From Eledone cirrhosa (Eukaryota), in the NCBI GenBank assembly GCA_964016885.1, contig OZ024741.1, positions 365,862,001 to 365,926,000 of the forward strand: a DNA stretch of 64,000 nt, read 5' to 3'. This document shows, one piece after another, positions 17,575 to 33,712 of this stretch; within the stretch, counting starts at the first letter, position 1; each line of letters starts with the position of its first letter. A model generated the notes under the pieces. That model made no database searches. It was not told where the DNA came from and saw only the letters and a list, made by a program, of their open reading frames with translations. A program made the translations under genes and the position numbers.

Positions 17575-17648
17575 TGGTATAACTCTTCCTTGAGTGCTCT
17601 TGGTATAATTCTTCCTTGAGTGGTCTGTATAATTCTTCCTTGAGTGGG
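17575..17648. repeat. Three ~25-bp tandem units (gtataattcttccttgagtg)
   Basis: Seen directly, inside a TA-flanked unclassified segment 17020-17770. Confidence 0.8.
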
Positions 17649-17766
17649 TTTGGTGCTGGTTGTTGGTGTATGGTTTTCGTTTCCTTGGGTTCGTGGTTGA
17701 TTTTCATTTGATTCTAGTTGCAGTTACTTTCCCGTTCAGGCATATGACATGTGGTGTTGCGCATCC

Positions 17767-17857
<91 letters not shown>

Positions 17858-17947
17858 CATACATACATACATATATATGTATACACAGAGACACATATAT
17901 ACACACAGAAACACTGAAACACTTACACTCACACATAAACACACACA

Positions 17948-18073
<126 letters not shown>

Positions 18074-18217
18074 TATATATATAATCACAAGCAGAAATAC
18101 ATACATACAGATAGTTAGTCAGATAGATTAAGAGATAGGTAGATATGGTAGGTATGTAGAGCGATAGATAGATAGATAGATAGATAGTTAGATATTCATT
18201 ATTATTTGACTATTGAA

Positions 18218-18410
18218 GGCGGTGGATTGGCAGTATCGGTAGAGGGTCGGACACCATGATTTGACGCATAGAGTTACGGCCCTTGCCATTCTGAGTTCAA
18301 ATCCAGCCGAGGTTAACTTTGCCTTTCTCCCTTACGAGGTCGAAAAAATAAAGTACCAGGAATGTACTGGTTAATTTGCTGGCCTTGTGCCAATAATAGA
18401 AACAATTATT
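18218..18410 (+). mobile_element. tRNA-derived SINE (family S1); further + copies at 18681-18902 and 20793-20988
   Basis: A-box-like tggcagtatcgg, B-box GAGTTCAAATCC, core ccgaggtyaactttgccttt...gtcga...aaagtaccag, tail gctggccttgtgcc. Confidence 0.85.
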
Positions 18411-18919
18411 TGACTATTGAATTGGGTAAATAAATCCTGAATGTCGTTTTTATTTCCATTCGAAGTTGTAATTTTCTAGTAGTCCTCCTATATCTGAAAC
18501 ATGCATAACCTAAATGATGCAATATCTTTGAAATTATATTCAGATCGGTTTTAATCTCCAGGCATATATCTTTGAAGTTAATAAGACGCTTGTTTGTTTA
18601 ATAGATTGGAAATTGTGTATCCAAGGAAATTCATCTTAGTACAAAGTTTTACGTTTGCGGATTAAATTTCTATTATTTCAAGTGGTGAATTGGCAGCACC
18701 TTTAGAATGCCTGGCAAAACGTTTGGTAGTATATAGGTACTGCCTTTTACGGTCTGAGTTCATATACTGCTTATATCAATCTGTCTTTTATCTTTCCGAT
18801 GTCGATAACATGAAGTACTTGTCAAGTACTGAGGTCGACATAATTCAATGTTTCACTCCTTCCAAATTACTGGCCATGTGCCTAAATTAGAAACCAATAT
18901 TTCAACTAACTTATACTAT

Positions 18920-19075
18920 GTAGCCTTGTGGGTAATAAATTCACATCGGAACCACTTGGTTTCGAATTCAGTTCTTCTGAATATCGCTTCAAATAAATTT
19001 CTACTATCATAGCTTTAGCCTTATCAAAACCTTGGAAGTTGAATTTGGTAGATGGAAAGTTCACAGAGATCTGTC
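18920..19075 (+). mobile_element. Old CORE-type SINE (family S2); other fragments ~19350-19495 (-), 42040-42142, 55860-56010
   Basis: Shared ...tcttctactatagcct...ccttg...atttggtagayggaa motif among the copies. Confidence 0.55.
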
Positions 19076-20431
19076 ATCTCTTTCACTATACATACTTTGT
19101 AACACTTTCTCTGTCCCTTTTCTCTGTCTTGCTTTCTCTTCGGTAATGGAATGAGATGGAATGGACTTACGTCGGTTTCAACGATGCGTGTTTCAGTTAT
19201 TCAATCAATGGAAAAGCCACCTCAAAGAGTTAAAGTGTAAATTGGCTAAACAGTCCACAGACACATCATGCACCTATAACTTAATTCTCAGGTTTCAGCG
19301 TGACAGAATATGACACAAAGTTAGCCGTTTGAATTACGTATACAGTCCATCGGATTGACTTCCACAGATCTTTCATCTACCCACTTCACTAACACCGATC
19401 TTAATCTATGCTAACTGACACTTACCAAAGATGCCAGGTAGTAAGATCGAACTTGGTACCTAATGATTGCCAACCTCTAAACCATTGCGTTATGGTACTT
19501 CGATAATACCTGAAATAAATGACGCAACAGCCATTCATAATGCGCAACACAGAACAGTGAGGATCACTTCTCCCAATGTATATTCTACATTTAATTGATT
19601 TTCAAATTATTATTCTCACCGTTTTTCATATCTTCATCACCAGATCTGAAATGTCTATCACAAACAAAGAAGCACTCTTATCTCCCATGTGCTCACTACT
19701 ACAATATCAAACTTATATGAATATATGAATATAGAAATTCCCACATACTGATAAAAAAGCGACTTAAATACACTTATAGATACAAACATATACACACATA
19801 GACACAAACATACGCAATACAAAAACACACCTATGTATACATTGTAATCTTTGTATCTATTGCTGTTTATGTAAGCAGGCGGCTATGTTACCTTTACGCT
19901 GATTTGAAAGAGCACACTCACCACTACATCACATATACAGCTTTATATTTATATATGAACAAATCTGGCAGATCTTTTATTGATATATCGTTGATACGAA
20001 GTATATAGAAAATGCATTGTTCTTTTGCATTACAGCATAAAATATTATGATAAAAAAACACCCCTGGCGCTATGTTTAGATGGAAAAATACTTTATTCTG
20101 TTTTCAGATAATTCGATGTTATTTTGAAATTAACTAAAATACTAAAATAGAAGAAAAGTTTGCTTACTCTTGCAAATGCTTATTTAGATTAGAACTAATA
20201 AAACCGAATGATGTTTTATGATCGATTCTCAGCCTATCCTCTCTTATTACTTTGAATCTCTTGAAATGTACTCATGCATCATTGAATCACTGAACTAAAT
20301 CTTTAAGACAAACGAAATAACAAAACAACCCGAAACAAATCAAAAAGCATAATGGAGCTACGTAGTTAGCAAGTTAGATAACCTCGATTAATAGATAGAT
20401 AGATGGATAGATAGATAGATAGATAGATAGG

Positions 20432-20500
<69 letters not shown>

Positions 20501-21428
20501 TGTTACTGTGATTTTACTTTTCTAATCATAGACACATTCATTCATGCAAACACATGTACATACACATAGATAAAAATATAAGCTCATATACGCATAAACA
20601 TACACATGCATACAACCCCTCCCCTCATATACATACACATATACAAACACATATATATATGTGTGTGCGTATCTCTGTCTGTGTGTGTGAGTGTGTGTGT
20701 GAGTGTGTGTGTTAAGAGACTCCGTAGACTAGTTAAAGGAAAGAGAGCGCTCTATGTTAAGTACCGAGCTAAAGCATATTATAAATTGATAAAGGGGCCA
20801 TAGATTAGCAGTATCGGTAAATGGTCGGATGCCATGCTTTGAAGCATAGAGATACGGCCATTTACAGTCTGAGTTCAAATCTCACCGAGGCTAAAGTTGC
20901 CTTTAATCCTTACGGCTTCGATGAAATAACGCACCAGTACTGCACTGGGATAATTGCTAGCCTTGTGCCAATGGTTGAAACAATTATCATAAATTGAATC
21001 TCAATAGTTGCATACTACCTAAGGTTTCAAAACCTTACGGTCTTTATGAATAGGCTTTGAAACTTTATGTAGCATGTAGCTGTGTTGAGAATTTTGTTTA
21101 AAATACATATATGTATCTAGATAAATACATATGTAAACACACATATAGGCAAATATATATATGACAGAGTTTGGCCAGGTGCTTATAGTTATAAAGATTA
21201 GTCTGAACATTTTCCTTTATTCTTTGAATCAATATTTTTTAATCACTATTTTCCACTCCTTTCGTAGACTTTATATTTTTCACTCTAGTGGGTCTCTACT
21301 CCTTGTAATTGAAAACATACCTCTTTGTATGTTCTCCTCTAGTATGAGGAACTCGGTGTCTATACCTTGAGATCATTAAATTGCAGGGATTGACGCGAGT
21401 TTTAACTCCGTTTATTAATTTGATATGG

Positions 21429-21464
<36 letters not shown>

Positions 21465-21667
21465 GTGAAAAAGAAAAAAAAAACAGTAGAAAATGCTAAG
21501 GGGATTTTCTCTCCGAATAACATCAAAACATTTATTTACAAAATAGTAATTTCCGCATTAATTATACCGGTTTCAGTTTATACGCATTTTCAGTTTTTTT
21601 TTTCTTTTTTACTATTACTTATATATATCAACTCATGTGTCACTTCTCTACATTCTCTCTCTCTCTC

Positions 21668-21715
<48 letters not shown>

Positions 21716-21718
<3 letters not shown>

Positions 21719-22470
21719 ATAGAAATTTCGTATTTCTAAAGAAATACGGATTTAGGAAGCCGTAGCTATGCAAACACCGGGGCTAGCGCCCTCTGGTGGT
21801 GTCGAGCAGAAGCAAGGAGGCTTGACTGCCCTTCTTCAGGACGGTCCCTCCAGCCGCTTGGTACTGCTGCAATTGAAAACAGTCGAGAATATATCATTTC
21901 CTCTTCTGTGTAAATGAGGGGATTAATCTCATTTGCATATGAAGCTGCATAAGTTGGCTCAACTTATAATAGAATAGAAATAGTATTTCGCTCCAAGCAT
22001 AGCTTTATACAAATATGTATAGAAATTTCGTATTTCTAAAGAGAATCGGTTATAGGAAGCCGTAGCTATGCAAACACCGGGTCTGACGCCTTCTTTAGAA
22101 ATACGAAATTACTATACATATTATATAAAGCTATGCTTGAAGCGACATCTTATTTCTTTTCTACTTTAAGTTGAGCCAACTTATGCAGCTTCATATACAA
22201 ATGAGATTAATCACCTCAATTACACAGACCAGAACACTATATATATTCTCGACTGTTTTCAAGTCTAGCAGTAGCAAGCGGTGAGAGGGACCGTCCTGAC
22301 GAAGGCCAGTCAAGCCTGAAATGCATAGACGGTTGTCCCCCTTGCTCTGTTGGACACCACCAGAGGGCGTCAGCCCCGGTGTTTTCATAGCTACGGCTTC
22401 CTAAAACCTTATTTCTAAAGAAATTTCTATACATATTGTATAAAGCTATGCTTGAAGCGAAATCTAATTT
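21716..22470. mobile_element. Retrozyme family R2: ~300-bp monomer, head-to-head inverted partial array
   Basis: tgtatagaaatttcg repeats at 21716 and 22016; inversion at ~22090; right arm is the reverse complement, also with terminal redundancy. Confidence 0.85.
22290..22333 (+). ncRNA. Minimal type-I hammerhead of R2
   Basis: accgtc-CTGACGA-aggccagtcaagcct-GAAA-tgca-TA-gacggt; all stems pair, palindromic ATGCAT stem III. The left-arm copy has lost its 3' half. Confidence 0.93.
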
Positions 22471-22480
22471 ATTTTCTCAG

Positions 22481-22535
<55 letters not shown>

Positions 22536-22646
22536 GATAGATATAGATATACATACTTATATACATATATATATATATGTGTATATATACATTCATGCAT
22601 AGATTAGTACATACATACACACATACATATAACACCACACACACAG

Positions 22647-22698
<52 letters not shown>

Positions 22699-22714
22699 AC
22701 ACACACACATACAT

Positions 22715-22756
<42 letters not shown>

Positions 22757-23359
22757 TGAGAGCCCAAATAAATATATATATATGCCCATCATATTGAACT
22801 CATACACTGTGTAGACGTTTTTCATACAGTATCAGAGTTGCGTCATGCTGCAGCACCATGTGGTTTTTACACGGTATGATTATATGATATATATTCAGAT
22901 AGTCTCTTTTGGCCAGATATACAGTGTATATGACAATTCAATACACCACTTTCTTCATATATAGGATCTTTACTTATAGGATCTTCACATATAGCATCTT
23001 GCAATGATTCGATATGTATGATAATTGTTCTGCTTGTCCAATATTCTCATGATAAACTTGCACCCTCGGTGATTAAACTTCTGTTCAGGTACCATTGGTT
23101 ATTCCAATGTCTTGAAATTCCAGATGCTAATTCTTTGAGTTTTGAAACCACGTTTGGGGTATTATATACGTTATAATTGGCTTCATGTAGCCAATCTGAG
23201 TTGTAATCCAAGCCCAAAGTGTGATCTGGGCTTAAGTATGATATTTTAATACTTCTCTGAGTAGATTATTGGTTTATTGATCTATTGAGATATCCTATCC
23301 TTCTTTTGAGTTACTTACGTATTGGAGACAATTACGTTATAAGGCTGTAAATTATATAA

Positions 23360-24752
<1,393 letters not shown>

Positions 24753-24831
24753 GAGAGAGAGGTTCGGTCGACTTTCGTCAAGTCGGACCGAGGAAACAAT
24801 TTTTCCACTGGTCTTTCCAGTTGCTGATACT

Positions 24832-24862
<31 letters not shown>

Positions 24863-25117
24863 ATCTTTATTCTATATTTCCCTTACTATGGTGAGACTAA
24901 ACCAGTGATGAGTACCTGAGTCTCATGTGGTTTAATCATAATCGATAATTTGTCTTGAATGAACGAATATATTGACTGATCTTCTTTTTTTCATGTATGA
25001 TTCTACTTGTGTACATAATCTTCTATAGAATATGTATTTGGTACTATATACCGTGTTTCCTGTGCGATATATGGCTCTTTCCTTCTCTGCATATGCATAT
25101 ATCTCTTTATTTGGTTA

Positions 25118-25196
<79 letters not shown>

Positions 25197-25198
<2 letters not shown>

Positions 25199-26207
25199 AG
25201 AGTTAAACAAGGTTCAATGAATACACCAAAGAATGAGTTTTACAATATATTGGAAGCACTCAACGGAGTTTTCCGGAGTTATTAATATTAATTCAAAATA
25301 TTAACAAAATAGATATTCTTGTGATCAAATTATATGTTATTATACATATTTCAGAGGTACTGAGTTAAGTTCAAGAGTACGTCCTCATCAGATAAAATAA
25401 AATGATATATGACATACCCTGACATGGTAGATGGTTAAGATTCAATCAAGGTAGTGATTAACTTATGACAAAACTCAATATGTATACCCTAATATTGAGA
25501 ACATGCGATAACGTAATACAAACAATAGAGAGGGTGCGTATAATAGATTTTAAGAAATACATGGCATCAATATACAATTATAAAATTTTTAATTTTTAAA
25601 AACTACTAGAGAAAGGGGAGGGAAAAGAAAGCATAGAGGAAGAAAATATTAAGTTAATACCTATTAACTTTTAAAACCTAAAACATGATTCTTTACCCTG
25701 AAATAACATAAATTAAATATTTTGAAAATTAAACGCCAACTATATTATACAGAAATCTGTGTGTACAGAAACTTGAACATAAATTACTCTCATTTGTCTC
25801 TCTCTCTCTTTAATCATCTTTCATCTGTTTTCTCAAGCCACGTACTAAATATTTTCTTCCTCTATGCTTTCTTTTCCCTGCTCTTTCTCTAGTAGTTTTT
25901 AAAAATTAAAAATGTTATAACTGTAATATTGATGCCATGTAATTCTTAAAATCTATTATACGCACCATCTCTATCGTTTGTATTACGTTATCTCATGTTC
26001 TCAATATTAGGGTATAAATATTGAGTTTTGTCATAAGTTAATCACTACCTTGATTGAATCTTAACCATCTACCATGTCAGGGTATGTCATGTATCATTTT
26101 ATTTTATCTGATGAGGACGTACTGTTGAACCTAACTCAATACCTCTGAAATATGTATAATAAAATATAATTTGATCACAAGAATATCTATTTTGTTAATA
26201 TTTTGAA

Positions 26208-26213
<6 letters not shown>
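25197..26213 (-). mobile_element. Foldback PLE end (Naiad-like pLTR) with tail at left
   Basis: Arms ~25282-25650 and ~25848-26213 are reverse complements; hammerhead in each; related to the 29.9-30.2 kb Naiad end. Confidence 0.85.
26101..26165 (+). ncRNA. Minimal type-I hammerhead (mirror copy ~25334-25398 -)
   Basis: attttat-CTGATGA-stem II-GAAA-tatgtaTA-ataaaat. Confidence 0.85.
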
Positions 26214-26238
<25 letters not shown>

Positions 26239-26242
<4 letters not shown>

Positions 26243-26428
26243 GAGGTAACAAATTATTGTTATAGGTAGTCCACTTAAGTGTAGTCCAGTTATGGTACTC
26301 CGGGTAGTGGATGATATCAACGCTTTTCTAAGTTTGACTCAACAAGGCGTTTCCATAGTGATGTTGCGAGTACGCTGTAATTCCTATGTTGTAGACACTT
26401 GGAGTAATGATAAATTAGGAAAGAAGAG
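26239..26428 (-). mobile_element. Solo tail of foldback family P2
   Basis: Near-identical to 51969-52155; TA flanks. Confidence 0.8.
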
Positions 26429-26437
26429 TATATATAT

Positions 26438-28276
26438 ATGCAGAAGGATATTTATAAGGTTCTTATATTAAAGGAATTAAGGAAGAAATACAAAATAACA
26501 ACTAATGTCGACCTTGAAAAATTGAATACAGACGCTTCTTACATAATGCAGGATTTAGGCATTGAAAATAGGACACAACCCTTCATGCGAAGGAAACCAA
26601 AAATTAATATGAAGGACCACAAAAGGAACTTTGAAATTGACTTACCAGTTAGATTAATTGCACCATCTAAATCGGAAATTGGCATACGTAGCAAGAATAT
26701 TTTAGACAGAATAATACCACAAATTAAGGAATTATCTTATTTAAAATTATGGAAAGGAACTAACGAAGTTATCGAATGGTTTAAAGACATTAAATATAAT
26801 TATAATAATAAGTTTATTCAATTAGATATTGCTAATTATTACTCATCCATCACTCCTAATCTACTTAATAAAGCACTAACATACGCATTTAAACATACAG
26901 ACTTAACTAGTAATGAAATGCACATTTTCCTAACGGCACGGAAAACATTAATTAAATTTAACAACCAACTCTGGACTAGAGCAGATAGAGATAATAATTT
27001 CGATGTCACTATGGGGTTATCGGATTCCGCCCTGGTAACGGATCTTGTGGGGCTTTTTATAAATAATACTCTACACAGAAAAATACCGGAGATGACCGGA
27101 AGTTTATATCGCGACGACATGCTATTACTTATCGAAAATAATAACTGTGAATTAAATAGGAAAAGAAAAGAAATTATACAATTTTTTAATTACCTTAATC
27201 TTAAAGTAGAAATAGAGAATAATTATAAAATAGTTAACTTTCTAGATGTAACCTTAAACCTTAACACATGTCTTCATTATCCATTTCACAAATTAAACGA
27301 GAACTTAAACTACGTTAATTTTAACTCCAATCACCCCAGATCCGTTAAAAATACTATAGTAAATTCTGTACAGCAACGCATTTCTAGAATGTCAGCTAAT
27401 AAGAATATTTTTGATGATAAAGCACAATATTACAACGAAGTGTTAGGTAGAGTTGGATATAGTAATAAAATTAAATACATTGATAATAATAATATAACAA
27501 CTAACCATAATTTTAACAACTATAATAGAAAACCTTACAATAATTCGAAAAACGAAAAAAGAAATAGAACTAGGAATATATTATGGTTCGCTCCTCCTTT
27601 CTCATTAAATATTAAAACTCCTATAGCTAAACTATTCTTTAAAGCTCTTGACAAATGCTTCCCTAGAACACATAGATATTACTCAATATTTAATAGACAT
27701 ACTATAAAATTAACTTATTCAACCACCAGTAATTTAGCGCAAAATATTAATAGAATTAATAATAGAAACTTAAAACCTAACTAGAATACCATTAACAACC
27801 CCAGCAATATCCAATTTAATAACACGGCTCCTAGTAACTTGAATTTTGATAAATGTAACTATAGAAACAAATATAACTGTCCGTTAAATAACAATTGTTT
27901 AGCTAAAAATATAATATATAATTGTAATGTAAAAACTAATTTAAATTCATTTAATTATATAGGTTCTACTTCCACAGACTTCAAATCTCGTTTTAATAAC
28001 CATAAATGCTCTTTTACGAATATAATTAAAAAATCTTCAACTTCTCTATCTAGCTTACTATGGGACCTAAAATTAAAGAACATTAACTATTCTTTATTTT
28101 GGAATATTATCTCCAAAGCTCCTCCATTCAATTCTTCTTCTGAAAATTGCGCTCTTTGTATAGAGGAAATATTCTTTATATTAAAGAGCAAAAATTCTGT
28201 GAATCTAAGGAACAATCTTTTCAGTTGCTGAAAACATAGATTAAATTCAACATTTAAATATAAATTTAAAATGTAA
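26438..28276 (+). pseudogene. PLE reverse transcriptase-GIY-YIG endonuclease, one frame interrupted by TAG (27782) and TGA (28229)
   Basis: KDHK..F...P.RLI.P.KSEIG, LDIANYYSSI, FDVTMG, YRDD, VNFLDVTLNL, SNHP, WFAPPFS, CPL...CL, IIY...YIG, RF..H, CALC; ORFs 26438 and 27839 are in the same frame. Confidence 0.9.
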
Positions 28277-29429
28277 TATATAACTCATCTTATTAAACCT
28301 ATCGATAAATCACTAGATTTCTTCGTACGACTGCCAAAAACTCTCTTAAATGAAGGAAAATATTTCCTTGAAAATTCTTCTAGATAAACATACTTAAAGT
28401 TTTTTTTTAAAAATGGATATATAAAAAATTAAGATAAACATACTGAAAATTTCTAAAAAAAAAGTTTTTTTTGGTTAATTCCTTTGATGGATATATATAA
28501 AATTATAATTCATATTTTATACTGTGTTTTTTCTATATACCCTTATATATTTTTTTTTTAAATTACATATTTTTAGAATTATATTGCTTAAAAATTACAT
28601 TGCTTAAAAATATAAATTCCTTTTAAAATTATATAATTATATTTTTTAAAAATTGTAATTCCCTTTTTTTTTAAATTGTAATTCCTTTTAAAATTATAAT
28701 CCTTTTTAAAATTATAACTCATATTTTATTTTATAGTATGTATTTTGTATTTATATATATATATATATGTATATGTGTATATGTATGTGTGTATATGTAT
28801 GTATATGTATATATATATATATATATGTGTGTGTATATATGCGTATGTATGCATGTATGTATATCTATGTATATGTGGGTCTATATATATCGAAATGTAT
28901 AATTTGAATACATTCTATGAATGAACTCATGTAAAAAGTTGTTTTACGGTTTATGCTTTAGATATATTCTTAAGAAAAGCTTTAAACATTAAGACATTAT
29001 AGTAAACCAACTTATATTTTAACAATCACAACTGTATAACAGGTGGACTTATAAAATATATAAATGTTATAACTTACTATAAAGTAATATAAGGTTCTCT
29101 TATAATCTTAATTTTTTATCATCTTAACATTTATAACATTTAATCATTAGAACTATCTAAATTACAAATAAATCAATTAATTTTCCCTCACGCTGTATTG
29201 CTATTACTAAGAAGAGATTTTCTTCAGTAAAATCTCTGAACATTCCTATATTTTAAAAATATATTTTGTTATTGCTTATAAGTTTTATTGTTAATTGAAA
29301 AATTAATAATTAATTGTTCGTTTATGATTAATAATAAATTTATGTAAGGTTATGTAATAATAACATATATTTTAATAATATTTTTTGATAGTATATGTAT
29401 GTATATATATACATACATATGTATGTATG

Positions 29430-29492
<63 letters not shown>

Positions 29493-29967
29493 TCTTTTAA
29501 TAATATATAGATCTCAATTTTTAATTCTTAATTTATAGATCTCAATAATTTAATCAGATTTAAACATTCGATAAATTTCTCCGGTTACTACTATCTATTT
29601 ATTTATTTATCTATCCACGCTAACTCATCCATTATATATTTATCTTTTCGCTTCATCATCTCATAAAACTACGTTAATACAACACTCTCTCACTTAGGGT
29701 TTTCTCTCTTTCTCTTTCTTTTGTTTTTCCTATTCCTTTTCCTTTTCTTTTCTTTTGTTTCCCTTCTTTGCGTTTGCTCTTTCTTTCTCCTATTCCAACG
29801 GCTTAATTTAAATTTAAATGAATGGGACTTAAACCTCTCCGACACTAATTTGCATAATAGACCAATAATAAAATTAGTAACCCCCACTATCCGGGAGCTT
29901 CCAACAGACATGGTCGCATTCTTTTAAGGGTATGTCAATATTTGTTTATAAAACTGATCTATATTAT

Positions 29968-30030
29968 ATTTTATCTGATGAAAGCACACCAGAATTTGCT
30001 TTGGTGTCCTTGAAATATGTATAATGAAAT
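29968..30030 (+). ncRNA. Hammerhead in Naiad 3' pLTR
   Basis: attttat-CTGATGA-aagcacaccaga...tttggtgtcctt-GAAA-tatgtaTA-atgaaat. Confidence 0.88.
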
Positions 30031-30164
30031 AAATATGGTTTTATAAATATAGCTTCCATTTGTTAATATATTGTATTTTTACTCCAAAAATGTTGTTGAG
30101 TGCTTTATATCAGTTATAAAAATATTTGCTTATTGTATCCCAACAAATTAAATATAACTTCTAC

Positions 30165-30229
<65 letters not shown>

Positions 30230-30249
30230 TATATATATATATATATATA

Positions 30250-30307
30250 TAAATGTAAGTATGTATGTATACGTACATATATATATGCATACAGACGTAC
30301 AGTAGTA

Positions 30308-30359
<52 letters not shown>

Positions 30360-30821
30360 CAGGCACACATATATATATGTACGTATCAGTTTAGCGAACA
30401 TTTATTATAATGTTCGCTTTGTTCGTTTGTAAACAAACGGACAGCCTGATATATGCCGTACGGTGTTAAGGCAACCACGTCACCTTTTTGTTCAACAGTG
30501 ACACAGGAACGATGTACTAGTTTCAAGCTTGTTAGCTATCGTCAGCACCGTATACCCTTCTGCCAGATGGTTAATTTTCATAAGGAAAGTATATACTTTC
30601 GAACGTTCAACCATCTGGCAGAAGGGTATACGGTGCTGACGATAGCTAACAAGCTTGAAACTAGTACATCGTTCCTGTGTCAGTGTTGAACAAAAAGGTG
30701 ACGTGGCTGCCTTAACACCGTACGGCATAAATCAGGCTGTCCGTTTGTTTACAAACGAACAAAGCGAACATTATAATAAATGTTCGCTAAACTGATACGT
30801 CCATATATATGTGTGTGCCTG

Positions 30822-30911
<90 letters not shown>

Positions 30912-31336
30912 TGCTACTGTACGTCTGTATGCATATATGTATGTACGTATAAATACATACTTACATTTAAGTAAGTGCCGTACTAAGAGTGAGAAATGAA
31001 ATTTCGTTTCATTCTATTCCATTTATCGTTTTCGGTGCGCCTGGCCGACTGAACTCACTCGATATGCAAATTAGGCTGCTCAGCCGTTAATTTTCATAAG
31101 GAAAGTATATACTTTCGAAAGTTCAACCATCTGGCAGAAGGGTATACGGTGCTGACGATAGCTAACAAGCTTGAAACTAGTACATCGTTCCTGTGTCAGT
31201 GTTGAACAAAAAGTGACGTGGTTGCCTTAACACCGTACGGCATGAATCAGGCTGTCCGTTTGTTTACAAACGAACAAAGCGAACATTATAATAAATGTTC
31301 GCTAAACTGATACGTACATATATATATGTGTGCCTG

Positions 31337-31424
<88 letters not shown>

Positions 31425-31533
31425 TGCTACTGTACGTATGTATGCATATATGTATGTACGTATACATACATACTTACATTTAAGTAAGTGCCGTACTAAG
31501 AGTGAGAAATGAAATTTCGTTTCATTCTATTCC

Positions 31534-31540
<7 letters not shown>
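30250..31540. mobile_element. Retrozyme family R3: head-to-head inverted array (partial monomer -, about two monomers +)
   Basis: Inversion at ~30570; gttaattttcataaggaaag repeats at 30570 and 31086; hammerheads at 30509-30551 (-), 30630-30672, 31146-31188. Confidence 0.9.
30630..30672 (+). ncRNA. Minimal type-I hammerhead of R3
   Basis: acggtg-CTGACGA-tagctaacaagctt-GAAA-ctag-TA-catcgt; palindromic ACTAGT stem III; eight copies in the window. Confidence 0.93.
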
Positions 31541-31596
<56 letters not shown>

Positions 31597-32254
31597 GGTG
31601 CAACGGATATGAACTTCCCGATATAAGGTTTGAGTCTCTTTGTTTATTTTTATATATGAATATTGATTGTTTCTTGTATCTCATTCTGTTATTTTGCCCG
31701 AGAAAATATCTGTGTGTGTCATCAAACGATGTACAAATGGATATTTTTTCAAATTCCAATTGAGCTCTACCAGGTGGCATGAATTCCTTTTAGAATTCAT
31801 TGTCCTGCGCATGTATTGTTTTTTTGCGCTAATTCTACTTCCTCTTTTTTTAAGACAGTGTAAGAATTTCTTTAGAACTGCTAGGCTAGCAACCTAGCAG
31901 CTACTTCAAGCACTGATGGTGATTATCGCTAAATATTGATGTTGATTTGATTATCAATATTAATATTATTGGGCACCCACTGAAGAATTATAAGAGCCCA
32001 CTTGAATAAGTATCTGTTGATCTTATACAAGCTTCTACATAAATTGGTATAATTTCACCCAACTTGTAGGAATCTTATAATGAAACGAGACGTCCGTCTG
32101 GGAAGAGATATATTTGATATATCTCATGAAATAATACAGCCAATTTTCCACAAAATACAATTAGTTATCACCCCGAACGATTCCTAATATTTGTTGAGTG
32201 ATTTGGGATTTGGCTGGAGTATCGCTATTAGCTTTCTCCGATAATGTATTTATA

Positions 32255-32305
<51 letters not shown>

Positions 32306-32430
32306 AAGCAGAAGGGATATTCAATTTGTTGGTAATCCAACAAATATAAATGTTTATTACTATCCAAGGAAAACTTGAACCGTTAAGGTATTTTCCTTGT
32401 TTATATCAAAATTTATAAAACACACATCGT

Positions 32431-32489
32431 ATTTTATCTGATGAAATCGTACCAAAGTGTTGGTACCCTTGAAATATATATCATAGAAT
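32431..32489 (+). ncRNA. Hammerhead in short Naiad-like pLTR fragment (32303-32536)
   Basis: attttat-CTGATGA-aatcgtaccaaagtgttggtaccctt-GAAA-tatataTC-atagaat; downstream sequence resembles 30030-30070. Confidence 0.8.
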
Positions 32490-32723
32490 GACTATAATTT
32501 TATAAATATAGTTTCCATTTATTTAATACCATTGAATATATATATATATATTATGAAAATAAATAGAAAATTCAGCTGGAGTCTTTTAAAAATATTTATT
32601 TACTTTACCAGTTTCACAGTTCTTATGATTTTCAAAAGTAAAATTGAGATGTAGAGTTGCATTTTCAATTTCTTTTCCATATAATTTTACCTGTGTGGGA
32701 GATTTAAAAAAAAACTTTTCTTT

Positions 32724-32787
<64 letters not shown>

Positions 32788-32789
32788 TA

Positions 32790-33230
32790 CATATATGTAT
32801 ACAGACGTACAGGATTATGTATATACATACATGCACACATATATGTACGAATGGGTTTACCGAACATTTATTATTATGCTCGGTTTGTTTGTAAACAAAC
32901 AGCCCGAATTATTTGCCGTACAGTGTTCGGCAACCATCGTTACCCTTTTGTTCAACATTGACAAAGGAACGATGAACTAGTTTCTAGCTTATTAGCTGTC
33001 ATCAGCACCGTATACCTTCCTGTCAGTCGGTTGAACGTTTGAAAGTATATACTTTCCTTATCCATATTAACGGCTGAGTAGCCCAATTTGCATATCGAGT
33101 GAGTTAGTCGGCCAGGTGCACCGAAAACGATAAATGGAAAAAATGAAATTTCATTTCTCACGCTAGAGTACGGCTGATACTTAAATCTAAGTATGTATAC
33201 GTACATACACATATGTATACAGACGTACAT
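32790..33230 (-). mobile_element. R3 retrozyme monomer (hammerhead 32969-33011)
   Basis: Reverse complement of the R3 unit; core CTGATGA, GUU triplet. Confidence 0.85.
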
Positions 33231-33240
33231 ATATATATAT

Positions 33241-33396
<156 letters not shown>

Positions 33397-33460
33397 GTAC
33401 ATACATATATATGTATACAGACGTATATATATATATATATATATATACATAAATACATAT

Positions 33461-33499
<39 letters not shown>

Positions 33500-33712
33500 A
33501 GTGGAAGTTGAGCAAAATAAGTTTTACCTGTGGCCAAGCTAACGATATACAATTAGGTATGTGCACAAAGCACTCGATAAGGTTGCATGCCTTACATTAA
33601 TAACATACGTTTAGACAGCTTGACAAATTGAAAAGTGCGGCAGGTAAACTTAGCCACATAATACTAAATCAACAAAAACTAACCTTATATATATATACAT
33701 ATTTTTTTTTTT

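Larger units (their letters stand above)
26430..30166 (+). mobile_element. 5'-truncated Penelope-like retrotransposon, Naiad-type, with ~1.9-kb 3' UTR/pLTR
   Basis: RT + C-terminal GIY-YIG frame, AT-rich UTR, terminal hammerhead; begins and ends in TA repeats. Confidence 0.85.

Noticed and set aside
18218-18310. tRNA gene
   Set aside because: A/B boxes belong to the SINE head; no cloverleaf.
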